From the NCBI GenBank assembly GCA_044892525.1, contig CM097887.1, forward strand, positions 74,896,001-74,960,000: a stretch of 64,000 bases of DNA, given 5' to 3'. The notes below the pieces were generated by a model. It searched no databases, was not told where the DNA came from, and saw nothing but the letters and a program-made list of their open reading frames with translations. Made by a program: the position numbers and the translations under genes. The stretch comes from Schmidtea polychroa (Eukaryota). Below are positions 40,263 to 52,452 of this stretch, piece by piece (position 1 is the stretch's first letter; each line of letters opens with the position of its first letter).

Positions 40263-41100
40263 TAAATTCATTTTATATCATAATCATTCAATTAAATTCA
40301 CAATTATTTGATGTGAAATTTATTATTAATTTGTAATGTGATTTCGTTTATCAAATGTCTTAATTGAAATCGGTTTGTTTTAATAAGATTAATTTCATGT
40401 AAATAATTAAAAATAAAAAAGTTGAAAGAAATATGCCTACAATTGGCGAGAAATGAAAATCTTAAAAAATTCGACGTCAAATTTATCTGTGGAACCTTGG
40501 GTAGAATCTGTAAATAAACTGATCAATTTGCTAACACTGAAATTATAAATGAAATTTGATTAAAATTAAATGAGGAAAAATTAATAATTTATATTCACTA
40601 CGAAGTTGTTATTAGAATTTTGTTTTTACTTTTGCTTGAAACTGAAAATAATGAAATTTATTCTCCCGATAATTTAACTGAATTTAAGACAGAAGATTAA
40701 TTATGATGGCATTGAATTATAATTTATGGAACTTCGAACATTTTTTCATGATTTGTTTCTTTTAGGATAGATGAAACCGAAAAGAAAATTAATTTTTATT
40801 ACCCTGACAGAAAGCGTTCGCTCTTCGTTATAATAATAATTATTATATATTTCACTTGAAAAATGACTGTGCCGAAAATTCGTGTATATAAAAAAAACAT
40901 CGATATCTTTACTGATTCATAGTCAAATTTTTTAATAAATACTATATATATATATAATTAGTGAGAACTATAGTAAGATATGTTTTTAACAGTTGGCACA
41001 AGGGGGCAACAAAAAAAATGAAGTAAAATATTTTTATGATAAAATAAGTAGTTTTGGTACCTACTTACTGCATATATTTTTTTTTGTTTTGAAAAAATTT

Positions 41101-41117
41101 GGGCTGGAAAGGGTTAA
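41101..41117. mobile_element. Lone piggyBac-like terminus
   Basis: GGGCTGGAAAGGG|TTAA, the reverse complement of TTAA|CCCTTTCCAGCCC. Partner end not seen, possibly lost in the 40081 gap. Confidence 0.35.
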
Positions 41118-41696
41118 ATGCCATTCCATATTATTATAATTTATATATATTATATAATTATTATTCTGTCAATCAAGTGAATAAGCATTTAGAAACGACC
41201 AGGACAAAATATTTATCAGGCTGTTCAAAAAATTTTAATTTGATGAAATCTTTCACACCGCTTGAAATATTTCAACTTCCATCAGTCATTGATCAAATTT
41301 ATTTTTATTATATCTGACAGAACAGTTGTTCCATGAATTTAATGGATAGTTCCATTTTTCTTTTCATAAATCGTTATAAACAAATTATTTTAGTTTTCTT
41401 TATTGCTATGACTGTGAAATGGAATTAATTATTCATTTTTATTTCCTCCTTATCTGGAAATTAAATTAGAAAGTTTTCTTTAGTTAAATAAATGCCTATT
41501 ATTGTCGCAGAAAAGCTATTGGCAATGCTTCATGAACCGTGCGGTGCAGTATGTAACTTGATAATAAGTAAACAATTTATCTGTCAGGCTCACATGATAT
41601 TTTCTTTTGGTTTTTTTTAATTTAATTGTAAATAACAATATAATTGTGAACTTCTGAGTGCTTGGTAATATTAGTTTTTTTTGATTTTCACATGTT

Positions 41697-41700
<4 letters not shown>

Positions 41701-41784
<84 letters not shown>
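41701..41784. repeat. (AT)n microsatellite
   Basis: 84-bp perfect AT repeat. Confidence 0.95.
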
Positions 41785-41788
<4 letters not shown>

Positions 41789-42651
41789 GCATTGATTACT
41801 GTACACATTTTTCTACTTATGACTTGATTTGGAAATGAATTTATTGATTTTGTATCTTCACCGACCTTTGTAAATTACTATATACACCAATAACGACTAG
41901 GAGTTATTTAAATAAAAATAGCCATTTTTAGATTCATAAAAATTAAACAATAAAATAAAAAAATTTTTAAAAATAATTAATTTAAAAATGATAGTCCAGT
42001 TGCATTTTATAGCAGTTGCATTTAGTACAAAATAACACAAAACTGGCGTCAAAATGTTTAAAAAAAATAAAATTTGTTTTATTGAAAATCTATGGCTAAA
42101 AGTTAATATCTATTTTCGATGATACTGAATAAGATTATATAATCTGTTTTAAGTAATTTTGAGTGGTTGCAAAGAAATTACGATTTATCATTTTTGCATA
42201 GAGGGAGGGACTATATTGTAAAAATATTAATACTGCCTTTAATGAATATAACAAATAGGAATTTCATAAATACTATTAGCATGTTTTCTGATTGACCAAA
42301 ACACAAAAGGGGAATATATATGATTATATATGATTTAGTAAATAACAGGTATAACGCCATATAAATATTATTAGTACATATTAAAGAAGAATAACTACAA
42401 GTGAGATTTATTAAATAAATAGTTTCGTAAACACAGTATGAGCGGGTAGTCTAACAGATGCAGTTATGTTTCGTAGCGGGCGTAATTTGTGAGGTAAACA
42501 AAACATGCACGTCAATACATGTATTGCGCACCAAATAGTACTGCACGCTTTCAACGTCGACACTTTTAAACGGACACTAATACTTGTTTCACTCATATGT
42601 TAAATAAAAACAGTGATCACTCAAAGGTGTTATTATCATAATATTATAGAG

Positions 42652-45286
42652 CAGGGGTGGCAAAACTTTCAAGTCTTGCGGGCGACTTTTAACTAAATTA
42701 AATCTGGCGGTCTACCAGAAAAACTATTTTCAATTGTTACCTGTAGTTATTCTATTTATTCTATTTAAATACAAAACGAATTAGAAAAAAACTTATAATA
42801 CTTTACTAGAACGTAAACATATCTTAATATAATATTATTTACTGCTACTACTTGCACCTGATACGTGGCACTGCATCTTATCAACAAGTTCTTCGTATTT
42901 CGGGCAATAGGAGCTTATGGCGATCCGCAAGCATGATTCCAAATGATCATCTGTCAAACAAGATCGATGTTTTGTTTTAATGACATTCATTGAAGAAAAG
43001 GCTGATTCACAAAGATAGGTGGATGCAAAAAATGCGGACATATATCCAACTACTCTCCGCAAAATTGGATATTTTTCTTCTGAAATAAGATTCCAAAAAT
43101 TATCTTCGGTTGTAGCTCTTGATTTTAAGTAAATGTCGCTTTTCAACGCTATTATCTCATCTTCTAAGCAAGCTGAATCTGAATCCAGAAATTCATTAAT
43201 CTGAGTAGCGATCTCCTCTGTATCAATAACATCATTAAACGGGAATGACATGAACATAGCAATATTTGCAATTTTAGATAAATCTGCGAAACGTGTGTTA
43301 AATTCATTTAAAAGGGTAGTAATTTGATTTGTATATTTATCGTAAAGAATTCCTGGCGCATTTTTGGATTCTTCTTCCATGTTTTTAAAATGTTTCAAAT
43401 CACCCCGTTCTAGTTGACGCACAAACAAGGACAGTTTCTCTTTAAACGTCTTTACTGCCGTTATCATGTCAAGAATTGATTTGTGTCTCCCCTGAAGCTG
43501 TAAATTTAATTTATTCAGGTGCTCTGTAATGTCGCAAAGAAAAGCAAGATTTATCAGCCAACTTTTATCCTCCAGTTCGGGATATAATTCTTCTCTTCCA
43601 GTCAAAAACTGTTTTATTCCGGGCAAAAGATCTCTAAATCGTTTTAAAAATGCTGCACGGCTAAGCCATCTTACATCCGTGTGTAACAATAATTCAGTAT
43701 TTTCAATTTCACATTGTTCAAGCAAAGTTCGAAATTGACGTCGTTGTAGACTTCTTGCACGTATCGAATTTACTATTTTAAACGCAATATTCATTACATA
43801 GTTAGAGTTCAACACTTTGGAGCATAAGGTTTGCTGGTGGATAATGCAATGATACGAATGAAAACTGGGAATTTCTTCATCATTTTTGCAAAGTGTTACA
43901 AATCCGACATGTTTTCCGATCATAGACGGAGCTCCATCCGTGGTAATTGATACCAACTTGTGAATCGGGAAATGGGTGCGACTTATAAAAGACTTGAATA
44001 AATTGTAAATATCTTGACCCCTTGTTTGTCCTTTCATTGGAAGAATAGTCAATAATTCTTCTCTGGTTGACATATCATCAAAAACCATTCGAATGAAGAT
44101 GCATAGTTGCGCAGTATCAGTGAAATCTGTAGATTAATCAAATTGCAAAGAGAAAAAGCGGCATTTTCGAATATCTTGCCGCAAAATATCTTCCAAGTTT
44201 TTGCTAATGTCCACCATTCTTTGCGTGCTAGTATTGCGCGTCAATGACATATTGTTGATACAATCCATTATTTCGGATTTATTTTTAAAATCTTTGAATA
44301 ACACCTCACCAGCTTCAACAAACGCCTGTTTCCATATTTCGCCATCTCCAAAAGGTTTTTTATGTTTCATCAAAATATTAACTACCTTGAATGATGCTAG
44401 GGTAGCTGTTTTTGATTTTGAGTTAAATTTCGTAAAAAAAGTTTGTTGTGCACCTAATTGAGACTTTAACTGCTTGACTTTGTCTTTTCGTACCTCGGAA
44501 TGTAATGGAAAGTCAATTTCATACTGTTTGTGCACTGTTCGAAAATGTCGTTCAACGTTAGCTCTTTTAGGTAGTGCTACGTTTGAATTACAAATGAGAC
44601 AAACACACTTATCTTTCATCATTATGAAAAAAAATTCCTGTTCCCATTCAGTATTATAATGGTACGTTTTAGTTTTTTGGCCGGTTGTGTCATTGGGGCT
44701 AAAACAAGAAAATAATAAAAGCTAAAATAAATTAAATATGAAAATTAATGTTAAACACACTTACATACTCAAAAATTAAAAATGTTAACTTTTATAAAGC
44801 ATTTTTTTTAATAAAAAAATTTTGAAATTAATATTATAAGCAGGTATTATTCAATACTGAATACTTCAAGCTTTCAAATTTTTCTAAAGAAAACAATTTG
44901 ATTTCAAAATTGAAATAGACAAACACACGTTTGTTGTATTTTATTTTGGTTGTTTTTTATTTTTTTATTCCTTATCGAAGATTGTAGCGTCAATGTTTTG
45001 CTTTTATTTTATGGCCTACTTGTTCAAACACATGAAATTTATTCTGATTATTAGCTAACTGTATATATTTGAATTTCAAACTAAAAATTTACTACACTCT
45101 GAGTGTTATCTGACTAATATTATGTTTCTTATTGGAATTTTTTTGTCATATGAATCGAAACTTATTTTAAATATGTTTATAAAGTTAGAAATTCAATAAA
45201 TAAAAAACTGATTTTTATATGCAATTTTCCATAGTGCTAGCGGGCTACTTTCGATAGCTACGCGGTCGACGCTTTTGCCAGCCCTG
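42652..45286 (-). mobile_element. Full-length Buster/Charlie-clade hAT transposon (GTF2IRD2/SPIN-like transposase), 2635 bp
   Basis: TIRs CAGGG(G/C)TGGCAAAA. Perfect 8-bp TSD TTATAGAG (42644-42651 and 45287-45294) with the central TA typical of Buster. Internal transposase. Confidence 0.95.
42835..44693 (-). pseudogene. hAT transposase, about 619 aa if repaired, with one 1-nt frameshift and one nonsense codon
   Basis: ATG at 44693 (MTQPAKK-TKTYHYNTEWEQEFFF), frameshifted in an A6 run. BED-like CVCLIC..HF...H. FSLQFD*STD (TAA at 44134-44136 in place of Glu in DESTD). SITTDGAPSMIG, HCIIHQ, VRWLS, STYLCESAFS, then a dimerisation domain. Confidence 0.9.
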
Positions 45287-45313
45287 TTATAGAGTTTATT
45301 TCTGGGCTTATAC

Positions 45314-46021
45314 CAGGGATATTCAACTGGCGGCCCGCGGGCCTGATCAGGCCCGCCGAAATTTGAAAAAGGCCCTTTCAATATCTTGGAATATTACACA
45401 TATATAAAAATATTTGGTGATATCTGCATAAAAACGCACAGGTACTTTTTTTATGTATAATATTTGACCTTAAGGCGTATTAAAATAGATCAGCTAATAT
45501 GGGTAAATTAAATATGTGAATAAAACGATCAAGTATTTTATGTATGGCGTATACAAAAGGCGGTCTATTTAGATTCAAACCCGATCAAAATAGTGTTTTT
45601 ATTGTTTTAACGGTAGAAGAAATTGGGAATTCGTGTAAATTGCGATAGTTTTGCAATAAAAAAAACTTGCAAAAAACACCAAAGTATTGAAAATGTGTTT
45701 GTAAGTTTGATTAGGAAACGGGGTTTACTTAATATTTAATAAAATTAATGTGTTTAAGTGGCTGTGATCATTTAAATTTCTTGGAAAATGGAAAATGGCA
45801 ATAAAGTTATTAATTTAAAATGCGCCAGGAAAATACATAATAATATAAAAATAAATGGTAAACATTATAATACTTGGTAATAGAATAACAATCACTAAAA
45901 CCAGTTTATTTTTGTTACTTTGTAATCCGCTACAAAACTAACTACTTTTTAATTGATACGGCACTCGATTGCCGTTATAAGAAAAATTTGGCCCTTCATC
46001 ATATTTAGTTGAATACCCATG
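45314..46021. mobile_element. Buster-type hAT MITE, 708 bp
   Basis: TIRs CAGGGATATTCAAC / GTTGAATACCCATG. TSD GCTTATAC/GCTTTTAC (1 mismatch). GCGGCCCGCGGGCC subterminal motif. Confidence 0.85.
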
Positions 46022-47288
46022 GCTTTTACTTTTATATTATAGGCCAATCCCCATCTATAATTTATAAATAATGATAAATTATCCATGAATGGTGAATTAT
46101 TCCAGAATTATAAGTTTGAAAATTAGTAATTTATCAAATTTTATAAATTAAGTGGAATTGTATGTTTAAAACAAATAATAATTTCATATTAAATAATTTA
46201 ATATCAAACAGAAATATTATAATCGAATAGGCGTCATACTCGAGAATTTAGAATTGATTTTCAAAATCATGTTTTTATTCTACATCTCGAATACAATACC
46301 TAGGAGTTATATATTTTCATATTAATAATATTTTAAATTTATTTAAAATAAAAACTCAAAATCAGCAGACAATGAAAAGCGAACAATCGGATTATTTTAT
46401 GAAATAAACAAGTATTTGATCCAGTTTTTTTTCAATGTGTGTGTGTGTCGATCTGAGTAGATCATTACAATATCTTCAATTTCATGTAACCAATAATTTT
46501 TCATAATAAACATTCCCGCCGTATTTAACATAAATCGGTTCCTGGTCTTCATAAGCGTTAAAAATAATGGTAATACTATCTTTTTATTATACAATTTCGA
46601 AAAGTTAAAACTATTTCTCCCTGTCAATTAAAGGTAAATTTGACTTAATGAACAAAATATATTAGTTAATTTTCATGGAGAACTTTAGATATATATCATT
46701 TCATGAAATTAAGTAACAAATAAACAAACAGAAATTCTCAAATAAATATTTGATATATTTCTTATTAAGTAACTTTTTTGATAAATTCTAAAATAACATT
46801 TTTTCCCTGCCACAAAATATAAAGAAATTTCTGATTTTAAATTTATTTTTAAACTAAATTTTGTTGATTTATTTTTAGAATTAATAACAAATTCATCTGT
46901 ATATTTAGGAAAATCAAAAATAATAAATAAAATTAGATTATCTCTACAATAATTCAATTTTTCTATTTTGATTATCAAGTCGGTATTCACTACTTCACTA
47001 AATTATTTTTTAATAGAAAGCACCGTTTGATATAGATTGGATTTATACAGTATAGTCGGAAGGATATTCTAATAAACATAGAAAATTCCATAGAAAAATT
47101 TCATTATAACAACATTTACCATAAGTTTAAATTTGTAAGTACGACCAACCGTCACTTTTTGTTAAATAATATTCTGGAAAAATTCGAATTTAAAATTCTT
47201 TTAAAAATTTTATATATATATATATATAAAATAACATTTATAATAATGATAATTAACTATTTATAATTTACAATCAATTTAAATTTAG

Positions 47289-47633
47289 GATTTGTCATTC
47301 AAAGATCGACATTGGCATGAAAAATGTTTCGAGTGTTTTGAATGTCATACGTCATTGGTCGATCGTCCATTTGCGACAAAAGATGAAAGCTTATTCTGTT
47401 CTGAATGTTATGATAATAAATTTGCAGCTCGTTGCGATGGTTGTACGAAGGTTTTCAAAGCTGGAATGAGAAAGTATGAATATCGCGGTAAACAGTGGCA
47501 CGAGGAATGTTTTCTGTGTTTGGAATGCAAGCAACCGATAGGGGCCAAAAGTTTCATTCCAAGAGACCAACAAATTATATGCGTACCATGCTATGAAAAT
47601 AAATATGCACAAAAGTGTAGTAAATGTACTGAA
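47289..47633 (+). CDS. lmpt: LIMPETin coding exon 6 (LIM3, LIM4, start of LIM5)
   Basis: DLSFKDRHWHEKCFEC...CSEC...RCDGC..VFKAGMRKYEY.GKQWHEECF..., strongly FHL-like. Acceptor tttag, donor gttagt, 115 codons. Confidence 0.97.
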
Positions 47634-50600
47634 GTTAGTTAATATCATGAACATTATGATTTTAAATGCTATTTAATCATGATAATATTTCTTAGAATAA
47701 ATTTTCTATCCAAAAATATTTTTATATAAATTTTTAGAGATTTTAAAAATTTCAAAACAAAGTATTATTTTAGGAATTCCTTTCTCAGATTCAAATTTCA
47801 GTTTTTTCTTAACAATTAAGATGAAAAAATATTTTAATTTTATAGGAGGATACATCTTTAAATATTATTATTAATATAATTTCAAATGTTGACTTTTATA
47901 TTTTTTTTCGAGATTTTTCGAGAAATTTGAATTATTCATTAAACAAATTTAAAAAAAGTTAAAATAACTCATTGGTACTCAAACATTTAAGTTCGACCCA
48001 CATAAAATATTGAGAAAGTATTTCAAGACACTAATAAAAAGAATATTTTTATTATTAAATGAATATTTTAGTTTTATATTTAATGAGATGAGTGGATTTC
48101 TTTTGGTTGTAAATTAATTCCAATCTAGTCTTGATTTTGAAATAAATTTAGACATGTTGCATAATTCGATGAAATAAACTTATTTTTATCAAATGTTACT
48201 TTCGACAAATTTTGAAATATTTTTTTTATTTCTCAAATAGAAAAGCCAAATTAAAAATTTCATAGCGACACACTTTTAATTTTTTTTGCTTATAGTTTGC
48301 GTACCACTCATCTAAATTAACGGTTTTAATATTAGTAGTATTAACACTATTTTTTTCATTCACTTTATTTATTAATTTAGAAATAAAGTTCTGGTTAAGA
48401 GCGATTATGTTCTCGATCAAATAAAAACTTTATCATTTATTAAATTTTTGTTTTATTTATTTAAGACTATAAAAAATAGAATGGCTGAAAATTGTTTCGC
48501 CAAAAATTTGTATTTTTAATTTTAAAAATTATAATTATTTTATAGTTTTAATGAAAACTATAAAATAATTTAATGAATAATCTAGAAAGATTTCACTGTT
48601 GAATGGAAATTTCGAGACAAATGTGATTAAAATAATTTTCAATAATAGCGAAATTTAGCATTTCAACCCATGGACTAAATTTGACACGACGCCTCTAGGT
48701 TTTTACTGAGTGACAATATGTAGAAATAGAAATTTTTAGAAATATTTTCGTTCATGTCAATCAACATTTTATTTTTCATTTCGCATTTTCAAGTTTGACG
48801 TTTTATTAACTTATCATTTCTAATAGAATGATAAATTAGTTGTAGGAACATAAAACTAAATGGAATAATATATTTATTGAATGACATATCTTTGCTTCTG
48901 GTATTTTTATTAATATAACTTCCTATCTTGACGGCGTACGACCATATGGAGAATAAGAATATAACTTCCATAAGAATATGCTGTTACCATAACAAATTCC
49001 ACATAGAAGCGATCCAGTGTCCTGTTTGACGAGCTGAAGTTTCGAATGTTCCAATATTGGTTGTTTGGAATGACGTATTTTCGGAGGAAACAGACTTCCA
49101 ATAGATTGATAAAATTCCATTGCTTTTTGAATAAATGTGGCGATGTTCGAAAGAAGATGATTGAATATATTTGAATATTAAAACAATGTTTTTTTTATGT
49201 AATTAATTTAATAATGTATTTGAAATTTAATTATTAAATTAATATATTTATTAATTTGAAAGTCAAAGACACTACAATGGTAACTATTAATTGTCACAAA
49301 ATGTAATTAGTAAATTATCTACCCGAAGTTTGAGGATATAGGTTTAGGATAAGATTTTCTATTTTCCCTTTTTTATAATATTTAATTTTCAAAGATGAAA
49401 GTCTCATCAAATTCCAAAAAATTTGATTCATTTCTGCAAATTCTTTAGTTATTTTTACATATGTTGAAGTGATACAAAAATTCTTGTGCAAAGTAATAGT
49501 TAACAATCCGAAAAACAAATTGAAGTTCAGACAATTTAAAAATTCGAAAATCCATATTTTTTTGAGAAAAGCTACGAGAGAATGACAAACAAGCAGTTGA
49601 TAATAATTATTATAAATATATTATAATTATAAATCGACGCTATTACAAAAATACAAACCAATTAATTCATTGAAATCTTGTTGACAACATTAACCATTAG
49701 TAAGAAAACAAAATGGCATACAAATTTCCAAAAGATTGTTACAGTATCAGTAATTACTTCAAAGCACTTAGTTATCATAAATATTATTGGCAATTTCGAT
49801 AGTTAGTTCCAAATCATAAAAGAATAGTTTGAGTTCAAATTTTTACTGTCAAGTTTAATAAAGAGTAGAATCAAGCTGAGTTTGAAATCGTTGATATTTA
49901 AAAGATCGAATATTTGAAATTACTATTATAAAAAATCTTATTGATTTGAGTGCTGTTGTTTTAATATAAAGACAAAAGATCAGATTACACATTTATTCCC
50001 GCCGACCTTAATTTCCTTAATTTCTGAATCAAAAATTGATTTTCTTTTAAAACTCTTTAAGACATTTAAAAGTAGAGCTTTCAAATATTAAAAATCCAGC
50101 ACCTAAAGATGAACAGTCGTAGCACTTTTAACAAAGAATTTTTAAAAGAAAATTCGATTAATGTTGATCTGTAAAATGTTAAATAAATTCAGTCTAGCAG
50201 TAAAATCATTTCTTTTCATATTGTTTTCTTTAGAATTTTCTTTATCCTTATTTCGATTATAGAGCAATGTCTATTTTTCCCTTTTTAACGCATTCTCATT
50301 TTCTTATTTATTTTCAAGTGCTTTAAAAATTGAAAAGACAACACCGAAAATTTTCGTTAAATATATGAAGATAGTCGAAATGAAAATAATGGAAATAATA
50401 AACGATTTTAACATTTATATATGATATACAGTCTTGTCTGAAAAATGTGATTGATAATCTCAAAGAAAACTTTTAGCATTTTTTCTTTTCATTTATAATT
50501 AACGCATGCTGTGAATTCACACTGGTTAGATTTCTTCTTGATCACCAACTGGGTGTCAGGCCATCTGTTAGCACAAGGGATTTTTTGTGAACGATAATAT

Positions 50601-50750
50601 CACAAAATTATTCTTGTAATTTTCCTCAGACTATATTTTATTTGCCAATAAATGGAATTTGCATATTGATGGCAAATTTGGCATAAACAATTCAATATGC
50701 TAGCGAACTATCTATTGAGATTTATTTCATAAGTTATCATTACATTTCAG

Positions 50751-50937
50751 GTGATCAGGCGTGGCGGAGTTACCTATAAAGGTACACCGTGGCACAAAGA
50801 ATGTTTTACTTGCACTAATTGCACCAAACAACTAGCCGGCATCAAATTCACCTCAAAAGACGATAAACCGTATTGTGCCGATTGTTATGGAGAATTATTT
50901 GCTAAAAAATGTACCAAATGCACTAAACCAATAACAG
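50751..50937 (+). CDS. lmpt: LIMPETin coding exon 7 (LIM5, start of LIM6)
   Basis: VIRRGGVTYKGTPWHKECFTCTNC..LAG.KFTSKDDKPYCADCYGELFAKKCTKCTKPIT. Acceptor tttcag, phase-1 donor gtaatg. Confidence 0.97.
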
Positions 50938-52149
50938 GTAATGCAATGCTAATTTTTATATAAATTATTTAATAAACTAAATTTGAAGCATCTTTTAATC
51001 AATGACATTTTAATTAAGATCAGGCATTTGCCTAAAATAAAGTTTTATATACTTTTCTGTCTCACCGATAAATATGACCATCATAGCACTTTCCCTAATC
51101 TTGATATTTAAAATAAGTTTGTAATTTATTAAATAAGATTATGAAAAATTGGCTTTCTATTTAATAGTTTCATGAATGGCTGATATGGACTTGGAAACTT
51201 AATTTTTTTAATTTGTTAGTCAAATTTTAGTCCATTTCAAATGTGAAAGATTAACCCTATCATAAAGTGTAAATATAGTTTTGCTAATGGATAGTATTCA
51301 CCATAGCTTCAAGATTCCCAAAGCCATATCATCATCTTGCTCTTTGGCTGAATTCGCCGATATTTATTGAACTGGCTGATTATTGTTAAATTATACTTTA
51401 CCTTCATCGAGTAAAATCTTGTATCTTTTTCACCATTCATCGACTATTTTCAATGCCAATTTTATAAGTTCAATATATATTACATACAAATCGATACAAA
51501 ACGGTTTTTAATTACACATTTATTTTCACCATAAAATATAATTTAAATATAAAAAATGTTATTTATTTCGAAATACAAAAAATCTAAAGAAATCAAGTTT
51601 TGAAATTAAAATAATACATTAATTTGTGAATAATTTTATGATAGCAACTTCGATAAAATCATAATTCTGATCCCAAAAGAAGTTAATCATAAGATTATTT
51701 ATAATGAATCACAGCAATTTATTTGCAATAAAATAGATTTCAAAATATTTTTTACTGTTTTCAGTAAATTAGAAAATTAAATTTTCAAATAATTAAACTT
51801 TCTGCAGCATTCTGGCTTATTTTATTAGTATGAATATTTATTAAATATTCCATAATTATTTTATGGATTTTTCACAAATATTTAAAAATTTCTATAAACA
51901 AAGATTAAATCAAGTATATTATACGCTTCACATTAAAATTTATTTACAATAGTAACTAGTATTAAATAATAATAAAATGATTAAACAATATTAAATCAAA
52001 GGAAAAAAATTTCAATCCTTATTACACTTTAATTAAATCAAATCGTCCTTCATTTCACTCAAAAAATAGATGTTCAGCAAGCAAATAATTGATTTTTCTT
52101 TTGAATATATCGTTTCATTTTTTAACTTTGAGATTAACTTTATTTAAGA

Positions 52150-52452
52150 AAGACTCAATGAGCACCTGTTTCAGGACTTATAAAATCCAGTTTATGATTC
52201 AGTGTCGTGGTAATAGTCCTTCCATAATTTTTTTGTTGGCCACTGATCACTCAATTGTGTGGTTCCTGGCCGAACCACATCTTTAATAATGAGAGATAGT
52301 GTTTGGACTCGACGATCTTGAACCACTTGCATGAATCCAATGACCGAACTTGTTGAAAGGTCAAATTCCAAAAACCCAAGTTTGTTCACTAACATGTACA
52401 CCACCTTATATTTTCGTCTCCCTGACTTTTTTCCCTGTTTCGTCGATTTCAC
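52150..52452 (-). mobile_element. Merlin (IS1016/ISXO2-like) transposase relic
   Basis: GRRKY...MQVVQDRRVQTLSLIIKDVVRPGTTQLSDQW..., matching the Merlin pattern V.DR...TL..II...+.PG+TI.SD.W. Confidence 0.75.

Noticed and set aside
43529-44659. Plus-strand ORFs inside the hAT transposase
   Set aside because: Antisense shadows of the real minus-strand ORF.
48789-49120. Overlapping short minus-strand ORFs in a GC-richer patch
   Set aside because: No frame gives a recognisable motif. Probably old repeat debris.
51250-51480. Minus-strand coding-like frame (LKIVDEW*KRYKILLDEG...KEQDDDMALGILKLW)
   Set aside because: Short, with multiple stops, no recognisable family and no workable splice model.
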